Assembly: GCA_963934255.1 (NCBI GenBank)
Contig: CAWVXU010000019.1
Coordinates: forward strand, 1-36,636
Direction: 5' to 3'
From: an uncultured Fibrobacterales bacterium
Lineage (GTDB): Bacteria > Fibrobacterota > Fibrobacteria > Fibrobacterales > CAWVXU01
Length of the DNA: 36,636 nucleotides
Shown: positions 1 to 9,891 of the stretch, piece after piece
How the letters are laid out: every line of letters begins with the position of its first letter
Position numbering within the stretch: position 1 is the stretch's first letter
Translations under genes and position numbers: made by a program
Notes under the pieces: generated by a model
What the model was told of the DNA's origin: nothing
The model's database searches: none
What the model saw: only the letters and a program-made list of their open reading frames with translations

Positions 1-290
1 AGCCAAAAGTATTGGTATTGTTTTTCTAATAAATCAGTTATGTGTGGGTTTTGACCACCAGCAAAACCAAAATTATCTGAGTTTGAGTGAAACAATATTT
101 TAGAATTGAGTTGAGTAGTCATTTTAGTAGTCATAGAATAGAGCAGTTCACTAGATCCATCTTTGGAAGCATTATCAATGAGGTGAATATCAAATCCACC
201 CTTGAGACTTACTAAAGATTTCAGACAGGCAATCGTTTTAAGCGCATTTTGATAATTGAGAATGACAATACAAGTGGGATTATTCTTCAT
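1..290 (-). CDS. Glycosyltransferase family 2 (rhamnosyltransferase-like), N-terminal part; runs off the window start
   Basis: Manual translation from ATG at 290: MKNNPTCIVILNYQNALKTIACLKSL...IHLIDNASKDGS...NSDNFGFAGGQN. The ILNY, IDNASxDGS and NxGFAGG motifs are typical of GT2. Absent from the ORF track. Confidence 0.85.
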   Translation of the reverse strand, partial: MKNNPTCIVILNYQNALKTIACLKSLVSLKGGFDIHLIDNASKDGSSELLYSMTTKMTTQLNSKILFHSNSDNFGFAGGQNPHITDLLEKQYQYFW

Positions 291-303
291 ATGAATAAAC
301 TAC

Positions 304-786
304 TTATGGCTTGGGTAATTGGGTAGGGATTTTGGAGATTCGATCATAAAGTACAATACTACCAGTGGCTGCAACATTCAGACTTAGATTGCCGGGTAAG
401 ACCACTTGCTGGTGACAAAGCTCTAGAACACTTTCAGGTAGACCATACATTTCAGAGCCTAAAAGGTAAACCGCACGATCAGGGTGCTCAAAAGAACATA
501 AATCTTGAGCCTGAGGAGATATCTCAATAGCGATAAGTCGAGTCGAATACGGAAGGTTAGATTTAAGGTCTTCAACGCTGTTATAGTGATAGAGCGGTAT
601 CTGGGTCCATGTTTGATAAACATCCGAACCCTGTTGTTCGTATTTTCGTCCTATGGTATAAATGAAGCTCGCTCCTAGCACAAAGGCCGAACGCCAGAGT
701 GTGCCAATGTTTACTTCATTAGAAACGTTATAGATTCCAATCCCAAAAAAATTGGGGGTTGTTTCTGATTGTTTGAGTCTTGCCAT
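304..786 (-). CDS. SpoU/TrmH-family RNA methyltransferase
   Basis: NIGTLWRSA, LLGSEMYGL and SLNVAATGSIVLY match the three SPOUT/TrmH motifs. Confidence 0.9.
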   Translation of the reverse strand: MARLKQSETTPNFFGIGIYNVSNEVNIGTLWRSAFVLGASFIYTIGRKYEQQGSDVYQTWTQIPLYHYNSVEDLKSNLPYSTRLIAIEISPQAQDLCSFEHPDRAVYLLGSEMYGLPESVLELCHQQVVLPGNLSLNVAATGSIVLYDRISKIPTQLPKP

Positions 787-812
787 GAGTTTAAAACTTT
801 AATTATCTCTAT

Positions 813-1859
813 TTAATTTGATAGTTTTTCAACGAGCTTCCAAGCAATTGTTTGACCAGCTCGAAGCGGTACGAGAGTTTCTTCACCCAATGGGTATTCA
901 CTTGGTACAGTCCACTCTTCTTTAATCAAAGTAATAGTCGTTGAGTTGCGTTCCATACCATAAAAGTCAGGCCCGTTAAAGCTAGCAAAGGCCTCAAGTT
1001 GATCCAGAGCACCTGCTTGGTCAAATACTTCTGTATAAAGTGCTACAGCAGCATGCGCGGTATACATCCCGGCACATCCACAAGCATTTTCTTTAGCGCC
1101 TTTTACATGAGGAGCACTATCAGTTCCTAAGAAAAATTTCGGTGAGCCTGAAGTGACTGCTTTAACAAGAGCAAGACGATGTTTTTCTCTTTTTAGGATC
1201 GGGAGACAATAATGGTGAGGATTAATTCCACCTTGAAAAATGTCATTTCGATTCATCAATAGGTGATGAGCTGTCACAGTTGCTGCCACGAGTGGACCTT
1301 GTGAATTGACAAAATTCGCTGCCTCAAGAGTCGTGATATGTTCCATAATGACTTTGAGTTTTGGAAACTTCAGAATAATGGGGGCAAGAGTTTGCACGAT
1401 AAATTCAGCTTCGCGATCAAATATATCAGTCTCGGGGTCTGTGACTTCGCCATGTACACAGAGGATGATTCCATTGTCCTGCATTGCTTGAAGATTGGTA
1501 TCAAGATGATCCCAATCAGTTACCCCAGAATCGGAGTTGGTCGTAGCTCCATTGGGGTAGAGTTTACAAGATTTAATAATACCTGACTCGGCTGCTGCTT
1601 GGATATCAGCCGGTTGAGTTCTATCAGTTAAATAGAGAGCCATTATAGGCTCAAAGCTCATGTTTTTAGGGACAGCTGCTAAGATTCTAGAGCGATATGC
1701 TTTTGCATCCTCCAGCTTACGGATAGGCGGACGAAGATTCGGCATGATAAGACCACGAGCAAATTCACGCGCAGTATGTGCCACAGCAAACTTAAGAATT
1801 TCTCCATCGCGAAGGTGTAAATGCCAATCGTCTGGACGAGTAAAAGTAATAGTATTCAT
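813..1859 (-). CDS. pyrC: Dihydroorotase (type II, homodimeric)
   Basis: PDDWHLHLRDG, KLYPNGATTNS, HGEV, EHITT, CLPILK, FLGTDSAPH. Start moved to ATG 1859 (MNTITF), which has GAGG just upstream. Confidence 0.97.
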   Translation of the reverse strand: MNTITFTRPDDWHLHLRDGEILKFAVAHTAREFARGLIMPNLRPPIRKLEDAKAYRSRILAAVPKNMSFEPIMALYLTDRTQPADIQAAAESGIIKSCKLYPNGATTNSDSGVTDWDHLDTNLQAMQDNGIILCVHGEVTDPETDIFDREAEFIVQTLAPIILKFPKLKVIMEHITTLEAANFVNSQGPLVAATVTAHHLLMNRNDIFQGGINPHHYCLPILKREKHRLALVKAVTSGSPKFFLGTDSAPHVKGAKENACGCAGMYTAHAAVALYTEVFDQAGALDQLEAFASFNGPDFYGMERNSTTITLIKEEWTVPSEYPLGEETLVPLRAGQTIAWKLVEKLSN

Positions 1860-1921
1860 ATGGCCTCGCAAAGCTTTAGTGTTGAATTTATTAAATTCAG
1901 AAATATAATTAAAGGGTCAAA

Positions 1922-2692
1922 CTATTTAGAAAACAGTGTGCCTTTTTCATGAATGCCGCTAAGAACAAAATCTTTGGCTGTAGATAAATCATATCCATCG
2001 CATAAAAACATTTGTCTATTTTTTTCAATCAAATATTTTGCCGCTTTGAGTTTTGTAACAATTCCACCAGTGGCAAAATCATTATTAGGGGTATGTTCTT
2101 GTTCTAATTCTTCATCGCTTATTTGTTTAACATGTTTAATAATCTTGGCATCTTTATTGTTACTAGGGTTACTATCATAGTACCCATCTATATCACTTAG
2201 AATTACCAAAAGATCAGAGTTGGTGTAGTGGGTGACATGTCCAGATAATTGGTCATTGTCACCAAACACTTGTTCAGGTGTTGTAGAAATGTCATTTTCA
2301 TTAATGACAGGCAAAATCCCATTGGCTAGACAACTATCAATTATTTGTTGGAAAATTTTAGTATGTGTTCTCGAATCAAAATCATCTTCAGTTAAAAGTA
2401 TTTGAGCCATATCAACATTAAAAATATCAAATTTCCGTTTGTAACTACTAATCAGAATTGGTTGACCTACGGCGGCTAAAATTTTCTTTGAGATCTGTAT
2501 CTTTCGATCAAGTTTAAGTGATGTATATCCTGCCGAAACAGCTCCAGATGTCACCAACATGACTTCATGATGTTTCCTCACTTCAACGAGAAATGAAACT
2601 AAATTTAACATTCTTTCTTTTGCAATTTCATTTGACTCAGTGATAACACCTGAACCGACTTTAAATACAATACGTTTTTTAATTTTAGACAT
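1922..2692 (-). CDS. proB: Glutamate 5-kinase, short form without PUA domain
   Basis: RIVFKVGS, VTSGAV, PVINEND, FGDNDQLS, LSDIDGYY, TGGIVTKLKAA; 256 aa with no C-terminal PUA domain. Confidence 0.95.
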   Translation of the reverse strand: MSKIKKRIVFKVGSGVITESNEIAKERMLNLVSFLVEVRKHHEVMLVTSGAVSAGYTSLKLDRKIQISKKILAAVGQPILISSYKRKFDIFNVDMAQILLTEDDFDSRTHTKIFQQIIDSCLANGILPVINENDISTTPEQVFGDNDQLSGHVTHYTNSDLLVILSDIDGYYDSNPSNNKDAKIIKHVKQISDEELEQEHTPNNDFATGGIVTKLKAAKYLIEKNRQMFLCDGYDLSTAKDFVLSGIHEKGTLFSK

Positions 2693-3146
2693 TTGATCTT
2701 TCGGATTTGCTATTTAATTGTTTTGTTCGGCTGGATGATATATAAAAAACCATATAGTGAGTATAGCATAAAAAACCATCTCTAACTTCATTTGGATGCT
2801 TTTGGTGTCATTTCAAAGCTCAAATGTCTTAGGAAAATTAGGATCAAACAGATAAATGCCATAAAGACTAGTCTGAGGACTGCCCAAAGGCTTAATAATA
2901 TAAATGGATTAGCCAAAAGCATTCACCTAAAGCATTAATGGGAAAGTGGCTATTTGACATGTTGAAATCCAAATGATTTGTCGAATTGCAGTGACTCAAT
3001 TTAGTTTAGAGTATATCGAATTATATGAGTAAATTTCTTGCATAAAAGTCTTTTTCAAGTTTACAAGCTGGAGTCTTAACTTAAAAGTTTGATGTTGGGG
3101 TATTTGGTATATATTAAGCGCAGACCCATTTTAAAAGAGAGAGCTT

Positions 3147-4694
3147 ATGACTAGGAAATTTGTCACTAGCGGAATATCGGCTTATTCAGGGAATTTCGGT
3201 AAGCAGGAAGCGAAACACCTCTTAAATCGAGCTTTATTTGGTGGAAAACAATCTGAAATTGATTTTTTTGCAACCAAAACTTTAAATGAAGCCGTTACGG
3301 CACTATTGGATGAAAACGAACCTTCTTGTGTTCCGCCTGTGACTAATTCTGATTTTGATAATGTTGAAGAGACTGCCGCCTATGGTACGACATGGGTCAA
3401 TGAGGGTAACACAGGAGACGGTGCGGGCCGTGTTGATTCTTTAACGGCTTGGTGGGCCGGCGAGATGATTGAACAGAACGCCACTCTTAAAGAGAAAATG
3501 GGTTTGTTTTTCTTTAATCACATTCCAGTCAACCGTGATACCTACCATCGAATTGCCTATTATGAATACGTCGAGTATTTTAAAGAAAATTACATGGGTA
3601 ATCTCAAAGATATATTGAAGCACATTTGTATTGATTGGGCGATGCTTAAATTCCTTAATGGCAATGAAAACAATGCAGACGCACCCAACGAAAACTTTGG
3701 TCGTGAGCTTCTTGAACTTTTTACAATAGGTAAAGGTCCTCAAATAGGCGATGGAGATTACACACACTACAATGAAGATGACGTTAAGGCTGCCGCCAAG
3801 GTAATGACTGGCTGGAAAATAGATTGGAATACAGGTACTTCACATTTTATTAGCAATAAGCATGATAAAACTCAAAAGAAGTTCAGCGCAGCACTCAGTG
3901 GAGCAACGATTGACAACAACGAAGAGTTGGAGTTTACTGATTTAATTGACATGCTTTTTTTGCAAAAAGAGTGCGCTAGGTTCTTTTGTCGAAAGCTTTA
4001 TCGCTTCTTTGTTCATTACCATATTGATGATACAATTGAAGCCAATATCATTGAGCCACTAGCGACTATTTTACATGATGGTGGTTATGAACTCAAACCT
4101 GTTTATGAAACGCTTTTTCAATCCGAGCATTTCTTTGATATCAATATTCAGGGGGGGTTAATTAAAAATCCTCTGGAACTTCACGTGGGATCAATCCGAA
4201 AGATGCAGATGGTCATTCCCACCAAAGCTGAAGTGGATAAAAGGTATTTATTACTCAAACGCGAAGTGTATTGGGTTTCAACGGGCATGGGGTTAGAACT
4301 AGGTAATCCTCCAAGCGTCGCTGGTTGGGCTCCCTATTATAGTGCTCCTTCTTTTCATCGTTTGTGGATTAATTCAGTGACATACCCGACTCGTCAATGG
4401 TCGGCATTAGCTCAGGTTTATGGTTATTCTAAAACAGTCGAAAATGTAACTTATAGCTATGGTCTTAACATTGAACATATGAAATCAGTCATCCAAGATA
4501 TCACCTCTACCGAGAGTATTGTTCGAGGATTAACCGAGCTGCTTTTGCCTACGACTGTCCCAAATGATGCGATTGGGCCCTTGATGGTGGCCTATGACGA
4601 ATACCGAAACTGGGCTACAGATAAGACAATTGACGATCATATTACCGCTCTAATTCAAAAAATATTAATAATGCCCGAGTATCAATTAAGCTGA
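3147..4694 (+). CDS. DUF1800 family protein
   Basis: AKHLLNRALFG, LKEKMGLFFFNH, AMLKFLNG, PNENFGRELLELFTIG, YNEDDVKAAAKVMTGW, PPSVAGW, C-terminal PEYQL. Confidence 0.9.
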   Translation: MTRKFVTSGISAYSGNFGKQEAKHLLNRALFGGKQSEIDFFATKTLNEAVTALLDENEPSCVPPVTNSDFDNVEETAAYGTTWVNEGNTGDGAGRVDSLTAWWAGEMIEQNATLKEKMGLFFFNHIPVNRDTYHRIAYYEYVEYFKENYMGNLKDILKHICIDWAMLKFLNGNENNADAPNENFGRELLELFTIGKGPQIGDGDYTHYNEDDVKAAAKVMTGWKIDWNTGTSHFISNKHDKTQKKFSAALSGATIDNNEELEFTDLIDMLFLQKECARFFCRKLYRFFVHYHIDDTIEANIIEPLATILHDGGYELKPVYETLFQSEHFFDINIQGGLIKNPLELHVGSIRKMQMVIPTKAEVDKRYLLLKREVYWVSTGMGLELGNPPSVAGWAPYYSAPSFHRLWINSVTYPTRQWSALAQVYGYSKTVENVTYSYGLNIEHMKSVIQDITSTESIVRGLTELLLPTTVPNDAIGPLMVAYDEYRNWATDKTIDDHITALIQKILIMPEYQLS

Positions 4695-4698
4695 GGAA

Positions 4699-6219
4699 AT
4701 GATGGATAGAAGAGAATTTATAGGCTTATTAGCCACTGGATTTGCTGGATCTACAATGTTATCCTCACAAAGTTTTGCTGCTAGTCAGCCGGCGAGTGTA
4801 GCAGATGATCGGGTAATTGTATTTATCAATCTTAGCGGAGGTTGTGATGGTCTCAACATGATTACGCCATTAGGGCAGTATGATCAATTGGCACAATATC
4901 GCGCCAATGTTATCGTACCCAAAAACCGTCTACTGACTTTAGATTCCAATATGGGAATGCACCCGTCTATGACCCAAATGCATTCTTTGTTTCAAGCCGG
5001 AGAGTTAGCTGTCGTACAAGGTGTCAGTTACCCGACTCCCAACATGTCTCATTTTAGATCAAAGGAAATTGTTTGGTCAGGTTCTAGCAGTGGCAGTTTT
5101 TTTGAGACAGGTTGGATGGGGAGACAACTAGAAAATGAGCACCCAGACTTTCCAACTAATTATCCAAGCTCAACAAATCCTGACCCATTGGTGTTGAGCT
5201 TCCAAAGCAACCCTACAGCGACTGCACAAGGCGGTAATGGTAACTTTAGTACTGTTACTAGCGATGCCTCAAAAATCGCGGATTTCCAAGAAGACACTTA
5301 TAGTCAATACGGTTTGAGCGATGGTCGATATGACGATGAGATGGATTTCTTGAGAACTCAAATGGAGTTGACGGTGAAGTATAATCAAGCTGTGACAGAT
5401 CGGTATGATATGGGTCCTGTAGTTGAAAACACTGGTGGAATGTCAAAAGATTTTGCTTCAATTGTTCGACTACTCAAAGCGGGGTCGAAAACAAAAATGT
5501 TTATTATAGATCAACCTGGTTATGACACTCATGGTGGTCAAGTGATTGAAGGTGATGCGACCTTAGGTGTTCATGCTGATTTACTTGGTGAATTGTCTGA
5601 TAATATTGGGAAATTTATGGATGACCTGAAGACCCATGGATTACAAGACCGAGTCGTTGGATTAGTCTCCACTGAGTTTGGACGTCGAATTATGTCCAAT
5701 GATTCATATGGGACAGACCATGGATATGGGGCCCCGTGGCTCGTATTTGGTTCTCAAGTTAAAGGTGGAGTGATTGGCCATTCAGAACTGATCCCTGATG
5801 TAGTGGATGATGCTACTAATGTTGAAATGCAGTATGACTATAGAAATATTTATCAGACACTTTTGCGCAATTGGTTTGAAGTCCCATCTCCAGCTGTTTC
5901 AGCTTCATATGAAAACATATACCAAGAAGTACCTCTTTTTGATTCAAGCATGTCAATCCTTAAGCCTAACTCCGAAGACGAGTTTAATCTCAAGATTGAC
6001 CCAACTGGAACGATACTTCGACTTGAAAGCTCAAGAAATCAAAGTGGAGTGGTTCGCGTGTTAGACCATCGAGGCCGATTACGTTATCAGACCCGCGTGA
6101 GTTTAGTTCAAGGAGTAAACACTGTTCAAATGAAATATCGTGATTTGTCAGCGGGACGATATGTCTTCCAAATTTCTACGTCCGAGATTCAGTTTTCTAA
6201 GAGTCAGTTGATTCGATGA
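4699..6219 (+). CDS. DUF1501 family protein with Tat-like signal and T9SS-type C-terminal domain
   Basis: N-terminal DRREFIG (twin-arginine), INLSGGCDGLN, PNMSHFRS, GYDTH, TEFGRR, GTDHG, DYRNIY. The last ~85 aa (VLDHRGR...LSAGRYVFQI) resemble a secretion CTD. Confidence 0.9.
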   Translation: MMDRREFIGLLATGFAGSTMLSSQSFAASQPASVADDRVIVFINLSGGCDGLNMITPLGQYDQLAQYRANVIVPKNRLLTLDSNMGMHPSMTQMHSLFQAGELAVVQGVSYPTPNMSHFRSKEIVWSGSSSGSFFETGWMGRQLENEHPDFPTNYPSSTNPDPLVLSFQSNPTATAQGGNGNFSTVTSDASKIADFQEDTYSQYGLSDGRYDDEMDFLRTQMELTVKYNQAVTDRYDMGPVVENTGGMSKDFASIVRLLKAGSKTKMFIIDQPGYDTHGGQVIEGDATLGVHADLLGELSDNIGKFMDDLKTHGLQDRVVGLVSTEFGRRIMSNDSYGTDHGYGAPWLVFGSQVKGGVIGHSELIPDVVDDATNVEMQYDYRNIYQTLLRNWFEVPSPAVSASYENIYQEVPLFDSSMSILKPNSEDEFNLKIDPTGTILRLESSRNQSGVVRVLDHRGRLRYQTRVSLVQGVNTVQMKYRDLSAGRYVFQISTSEIQFSKSQLIR

Positions 6220-7022
6220 ACAAACTAAAAAGCATATTAGGTCTACTGCTTATTAGCACCCTAAATGCTTGTTTGGGGTCTCCAGTTGAAGCTGATGATA
6301 AAAATGAAGTAGTAAATGTTACTTTGTCGTCGAGTGAAAATAACGGAGCCTTTAGTTTTAGTAAAGGCTCTGATTTCGATTTGAGTTCAATTTTTGAAGT
6401 AGTAATTTCTAGTTCGACTGAGATTTTAAACTCAAGTTCTGAAATGATTAGTTCTAGCTCAAGCTCAAGTTCAAGTTCGAGTTCTTGGGATGGTGAGTTT
6501 AATGTACTTTTTCGCAACTTCCCCATTCAGAATATTACACCAGACACTACAATTCAATTGACTTGGGAAACGAGTGCTCCCACATTTCAAGTCATTCTTA
6601 GTTATAAGCTAACAGATAGTACTCGCGTAGCCATTGATACTCTACAAAATGCTTATATGTATGATCTTGATATGAGTTCCTATAGCAGCCTCGAGCGTAT
6701 CAGACTAGAAGTAGAGGTTCTGGCCGCAGGTAAATCATCAATTGATGTGACAGGTTTTTTTGAAATTCATAGTGGATTGACTGAACTCACATATGAGGCC
6801 AGTATGAAGTCATTTTTTCGTAATTATTGTATTAGATGTCACGGGAGTTCAGGTGGTTTAAATCTTGAAACATACACTCAAATTACTAGAGACAATCGTC
6901 CTTTATATATTCTCAATCGTACGTCCTACATCGGAGATATGCCTGCTGACGAGTTAGCAAAACCAAGCAAGGAAGAACTTGCTAAATTGCGTGACTGGAT
7001 ATTGGGTGGAACTCCGGAATAA
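6216..7022 (+). CDS. Lipoprotein with Ser-rich linker and C-terminal monoheme cytochrome c domain
   Basis: Lipobox LNAC, poly-Ser linker, CIRCH heme motif, distal DMP Met and LRDWILGG end. ATGA overlap with the DUF1501 stop. Confidence 0.75.
   Translation: MNKLKSILGLLLISTLNACLGSPVEADDKNEVVNVTLSSSENNGAFSFSKGSDFDLSSIFEVVISSSTEILNSSSEMISSSSSSSSSSSSWDGEFNVLFRNFPIQNITPDTTIQLTWETSAPTFQVILSYKLTDSTRVAIDTLQNAYMYDLDMSSYSSLERIRLEVEVLAAGKSSIDVTGFFEIHSGLTELTYEASMKSFFRNYCIRCHGSSGGLNLETYTQITRDNRPLYILNRTSYIGDMPADELAKPSKEELAKLRDWILGGTPE
6451..6486 (+). repeat. Degenerate 6-bp (AGYTCW) poly-serine coding repeat
   Basis: ...tctagctcaagctcaagttcaagttcgagttct encodes the Ser run of the cytochrome c lipoprotein. 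Confidence 0.7.
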
Positions 7023-7266
7023 GGTTTACTTAATTATTGCTGCTATATAGCAAGCTATATAATGACTACAGAACACCTGAGGAGGAGTAGATGCCAAATT
7101 TGTGACCTGAGGTCTAAAGATGTAAACTAAGCCTGATAGCTTCCAATATTCACATCTACCCAAGCGCCAATCAAATCCGTAAAAGCCATTTCCTTACAGG
7201 CTTGACCACTTGCACCCTAATATATGTATCAAAGATATCCTTTAAATTATGAGTATGTTTATCTAA

Positions 7267-7289
7267 GTTAAGACTCAGTCCTAGTCTTA
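7267..7289 (+). promoter_or_regulatory. Palindromic operator, putative Fur-family site upstream of the Fe3+ ABC operon
   Basis: GTTAAGACTCAGTCCTAGT (7267-7285, imperfect 9-1-9) overlaps a perfect TAAGACT-N7-AGTCTTA (7269-7289). It resembles the site at 10804. Confidence 0.5.
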
Positions 7290-7312
7290 CTGGTTATCTG
7301 GAGGAGTTTTTT

Positions 7313-8314
7313 GTGTTAAAGTGGATTGTTTTATCTATAGGGTGTTTGCTTTTCCCTTGTTTTGCTTCGGATTTAGTTGTTTACACTGCTCGTAAAGAAC
7401 ATTTAATTCTCCCGATGATTGATTTATACCAAAAAGAAACAGGGATAAAAGTTAAGCTCCAAACGGGTAAAGCTGCGATGCTTATGCAGCGATTAAAGAT
7501 GGAAGGCAAGCGAACGCCTGCTGATCTCCTCCTAACTGTAGATGCCGGGAATTTGTGGCACGCAAAGAAAAATGGACTCCTGCTCCCTCTTGAATCTCCT
7601 CAGCTCACAGCCAATGTGCCCGAGCATTTACGAGATCCTGACAATAGTTGGTTTGGCTTATCTATTCGGGCAAGAACATTAGTATATCACACGGGACGAG
7701 TATCGGCCTCTCAGCTTTCTACTTATGAAGCCTTGGCTTCTTCAGAATGGAAAGGCAAATTGGCTTTACGTACTTCCAAAAAAGTGTATAATCAATCGAT
7801 GGTAGCTATGATGATTCATGCTCATGGGGAAACAAAAACTCAATCCATCGTTGAAGGATGGGTGGAAAATCTCAATGGAACTGTACACTCAAGTGACACC
7901 AAAGCTTTAGAGGCATTAATTGCTGACAAAGGAGATGTGGCTATTGTCAATACCTATTATTTTGGACGTCTTTTAAAGAAAAACCCGAACTTGCCTCTAA
8001 AAATATTCTGGCCAAATCAAGAATCAGAATCTCGTAAAAATTCGGGAGTTCACGTGAATATTTCGGGTGGCGCGGTTCTAAAATATTCAAAGAACCCAAA
8101 AGAAGCACAAAAGTTTTTAGAGTGGCTTTCAGGTAAATCAGCACAATCTTTATTCGCTCAGCTTAATATGGAGTATCCTGTCCATCCTGAAGTTCAAATG
8201 TCTTCTGAGACAAAAGCATGGGGGAGATTTAACTCAAGCCCTGTTAATTTGAGTGTAGCTGGTAAATTACAACGAAAATCAGTGGAATTGATGGATCGCG
8301 CAAGGTATCGATGA
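7313..8314 (+). CDS. fbpA: Fe(3+) ABC transporter substrate-binding protein (FutA/FbpA family)
   Basis: Signal peptide, VYTARKEHL, TPADLLLTVDAGNL, WFGLSIRAR, VYNQS, NTYYFGR (Tyr pair), GVHVNISG, NMEYP. GTG start with GGAGG SD. Confidence 0.9.
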   Translation: MLKWIVLSIGCLLFPCFASDLVVYTARKEHLILPMIDLYQKETGIKVKLQTGKAAMLMQRLKMEGKRTPADLLLTVDAGNLWHAKKNGLLLPLESPQLTANVPEHLRDPDNSWFGLSIRARTLVYHTGRVSASQLSTYEALASSEWKGKLALRTSKKVYNQSMVAMMIHAHGETKTQSIVEGWVENLNGTVHSSDTKALEALIADKGDVAIVNTYYFGRLLKKNPNLPLKIFWPNQESESRKNSGVHVNISGGAVLKYSKNPKEAQKFLEWLSGKSAQSLFAQLNMEYPVHPEVQMSSETKAWGRFNSSPVNLSVAGKLQRKSVELMDRARYR

Positions 8315-9891
8315 GATATTGGAGGTGGGCCGTGGTGGCTGTCCTCCCTTGTTTATTTGCTCTGGGGATATTTGGAGGCTTGGCATTTTCTTGGCGTTTT
8401 GAAACTTCAGAAATATGGGGACATCTAGGTACCTTTGTTTTACGAGAGGTAATATTTAATACATTTACCCTACTAGGAACTGTGGGTTTACTTGCAGGAT
8501 TCCTTGGAGTTTCCTTGGCGTGGATTGTTACTCGCATTGAATTTCCTGGTCGTTCATGGTTAGAATGGATGTTTTTACTTCCTTTGGCTTTCCCCACATA
8601 TGTATACGCATTTTTGTTTTTAAGTCTCTTTGGTGTGTCTGGGACCTGGATTGATCTTTCTGAATTCGGATCTTGGAATGTTTATTGTTGTTTGAGTTTG
8701 GCTTTATTCCCTTATGTATATCTCTTTGCGTTTAATGGATTTCGGCAGGAGTGTAATACTCAGTATCAAGCAGCTCGGCTTCTAGGTGCTTCACAATTTC
8801 GTATTTTTTGGAAATTATCTATTCAAGGAACAAGTTCATGGTGGCTGGGGGGCCTTTTGATTGTTTGGATGGAATGTTTGGCTGACTTTGGTGCTGTTTC
8901 AGTTTTTAACTATAATACATTTACCACAGCGATATATAAAACTTGGTTTGACCTATTTTCTATAGAGGGTGCTGCGCAATTATCTTCTCTTTTATGCGTT
9001 GCTGCGGTAATCATAGTTTTATTTGATCGACTAAATCGGGCACGTAAAAGTACCAAAGGATTTAAATCGCCTAAGCAAGCCATTGCCCGCTTTCATCTGC
9101 AGGGTTTTCGGGCATGGGCTTTGAGTGGCGGACTCCTATTGTTTTGGTCTGTTTCATTTTTTCTTCCTTTTTTACAATTATTATTACTGACTGTAGAGTC
9201 TTGGTTTGTTGAGTTCTCTTGGGTATGGATTAAGCCACTTGGGACAACCTTTGGATTGATGTTTGTTTGTGCTGCCCTTGCCTTGTTATTGAGTATTGTT
9301 TTAGCTCTATACAAATACTTAGTTGGTGGGAAATTGGTAGAATGGGTTATAGGGCTGTCAAATATTGGCTACGCTTTACCGGGTTCATTATTGGCAATTG
9401 CAGTAGTTTTACCGGCGATGTATGTGGATCATTTTATTGCCGATGCTCAAGAATGGTTTTTTGGTGGAGTCGGTTCTCTTTGGCTGACTGGAACTCCAGT
9501 GATTTTATTACTTGGCTTGGCGTTTAGGTTTTTTGCTTCGCCATTAAATACTCTTGACAGTGCATTATCGAGCCAAGGAGGTTCTTTGATGCGTGCAGCT
9601 CAATCTTTGGGATGTGGTCCATGGAGACTTCTAAAGTCAATTATTATACCGCTTCATAAAAACAGTATAATCCTTGCTTTTTTATTGGTATCTTTGGAAG
9701 TTGCCAAAGAGTTACCCCTGACATTGATGGCTCGACCGATGGGTTTAACGCCCTTGTCAGTCCAAATTTTTGAATATACTTCAGAGGGGGATTGGGAGCG
9801 AGCAGCGTTTCCTTCTTTAATCCTGCTTTTACTTGGTATTGCGGGGGTCGCTCTTTTGTGGACTCATAGTAAAGGAACTCATTTTGACTAA
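8311..9891 (+). CDS. fbpB: Fe(3+) ABC transporter permease (FutB/FbpB family)
   Basis: Duplicated membrane domains, FPGR, LPLAFPTYV, PYVYL, ADFGAV, GYALPG, KELPLTL. ATGA overlap with the upstream gene. Confidence 0.9.
   Translation: MRYWRWAVVAVLPCLFALGIFGGLAFSWRFETSEIWGHLGTFVLREVIFNTFTLLGTVGLLAGFLGVSLAWIVTRIEFPGRSWLEWMFLLPLAFPTYVYAFLFLSLFGVSGTWIDLSEFGSWNVYCCLSLALFPYVYLFAFNGFRQECNTQYQAARLLGASQFRIFWKLSIQGTSSWWLGGLLIVWMECLADFGAVSVFNYNTFTTAIYKTWFDLFSIEGAAQLSSLLCVAAVIIVLFDRLNRARKSTKGFKSPKQAIARFHLQGFRAWALSGGLLLFWSVSFFLPFLQLLLLTVESWFVEFSWVWIKPLGTTFGLMFVCAALALLLSIVLALYKYLVGGKLVEWVIGLSNIGYALPGSLLAIAVVLPAMYVDHFIADAQEWFFGGVGSLWLTGTPVILLLGLAFRFFASPLNTLDSALSSQGGSLMRAAQSLGCGPWRLLKSIIIPLHKNSIILAFLLVSLEVAKELPLTLMARPMGLTPLSVQIFEYTSEGDWERAAFPSLILLLLGIAGVALLWTHSKGTHFD

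Noticed and set aside
6197..6526. Minus-strand ORF with ELELEL run
   Set aside because: Antisense shadow of the poly-Ser linker.
7079..7105. GAGGAGGAG followed by mini-ORF MPNL*
   Set aside because: Only four codons, short SD spacing, and no attenuator structure seen.
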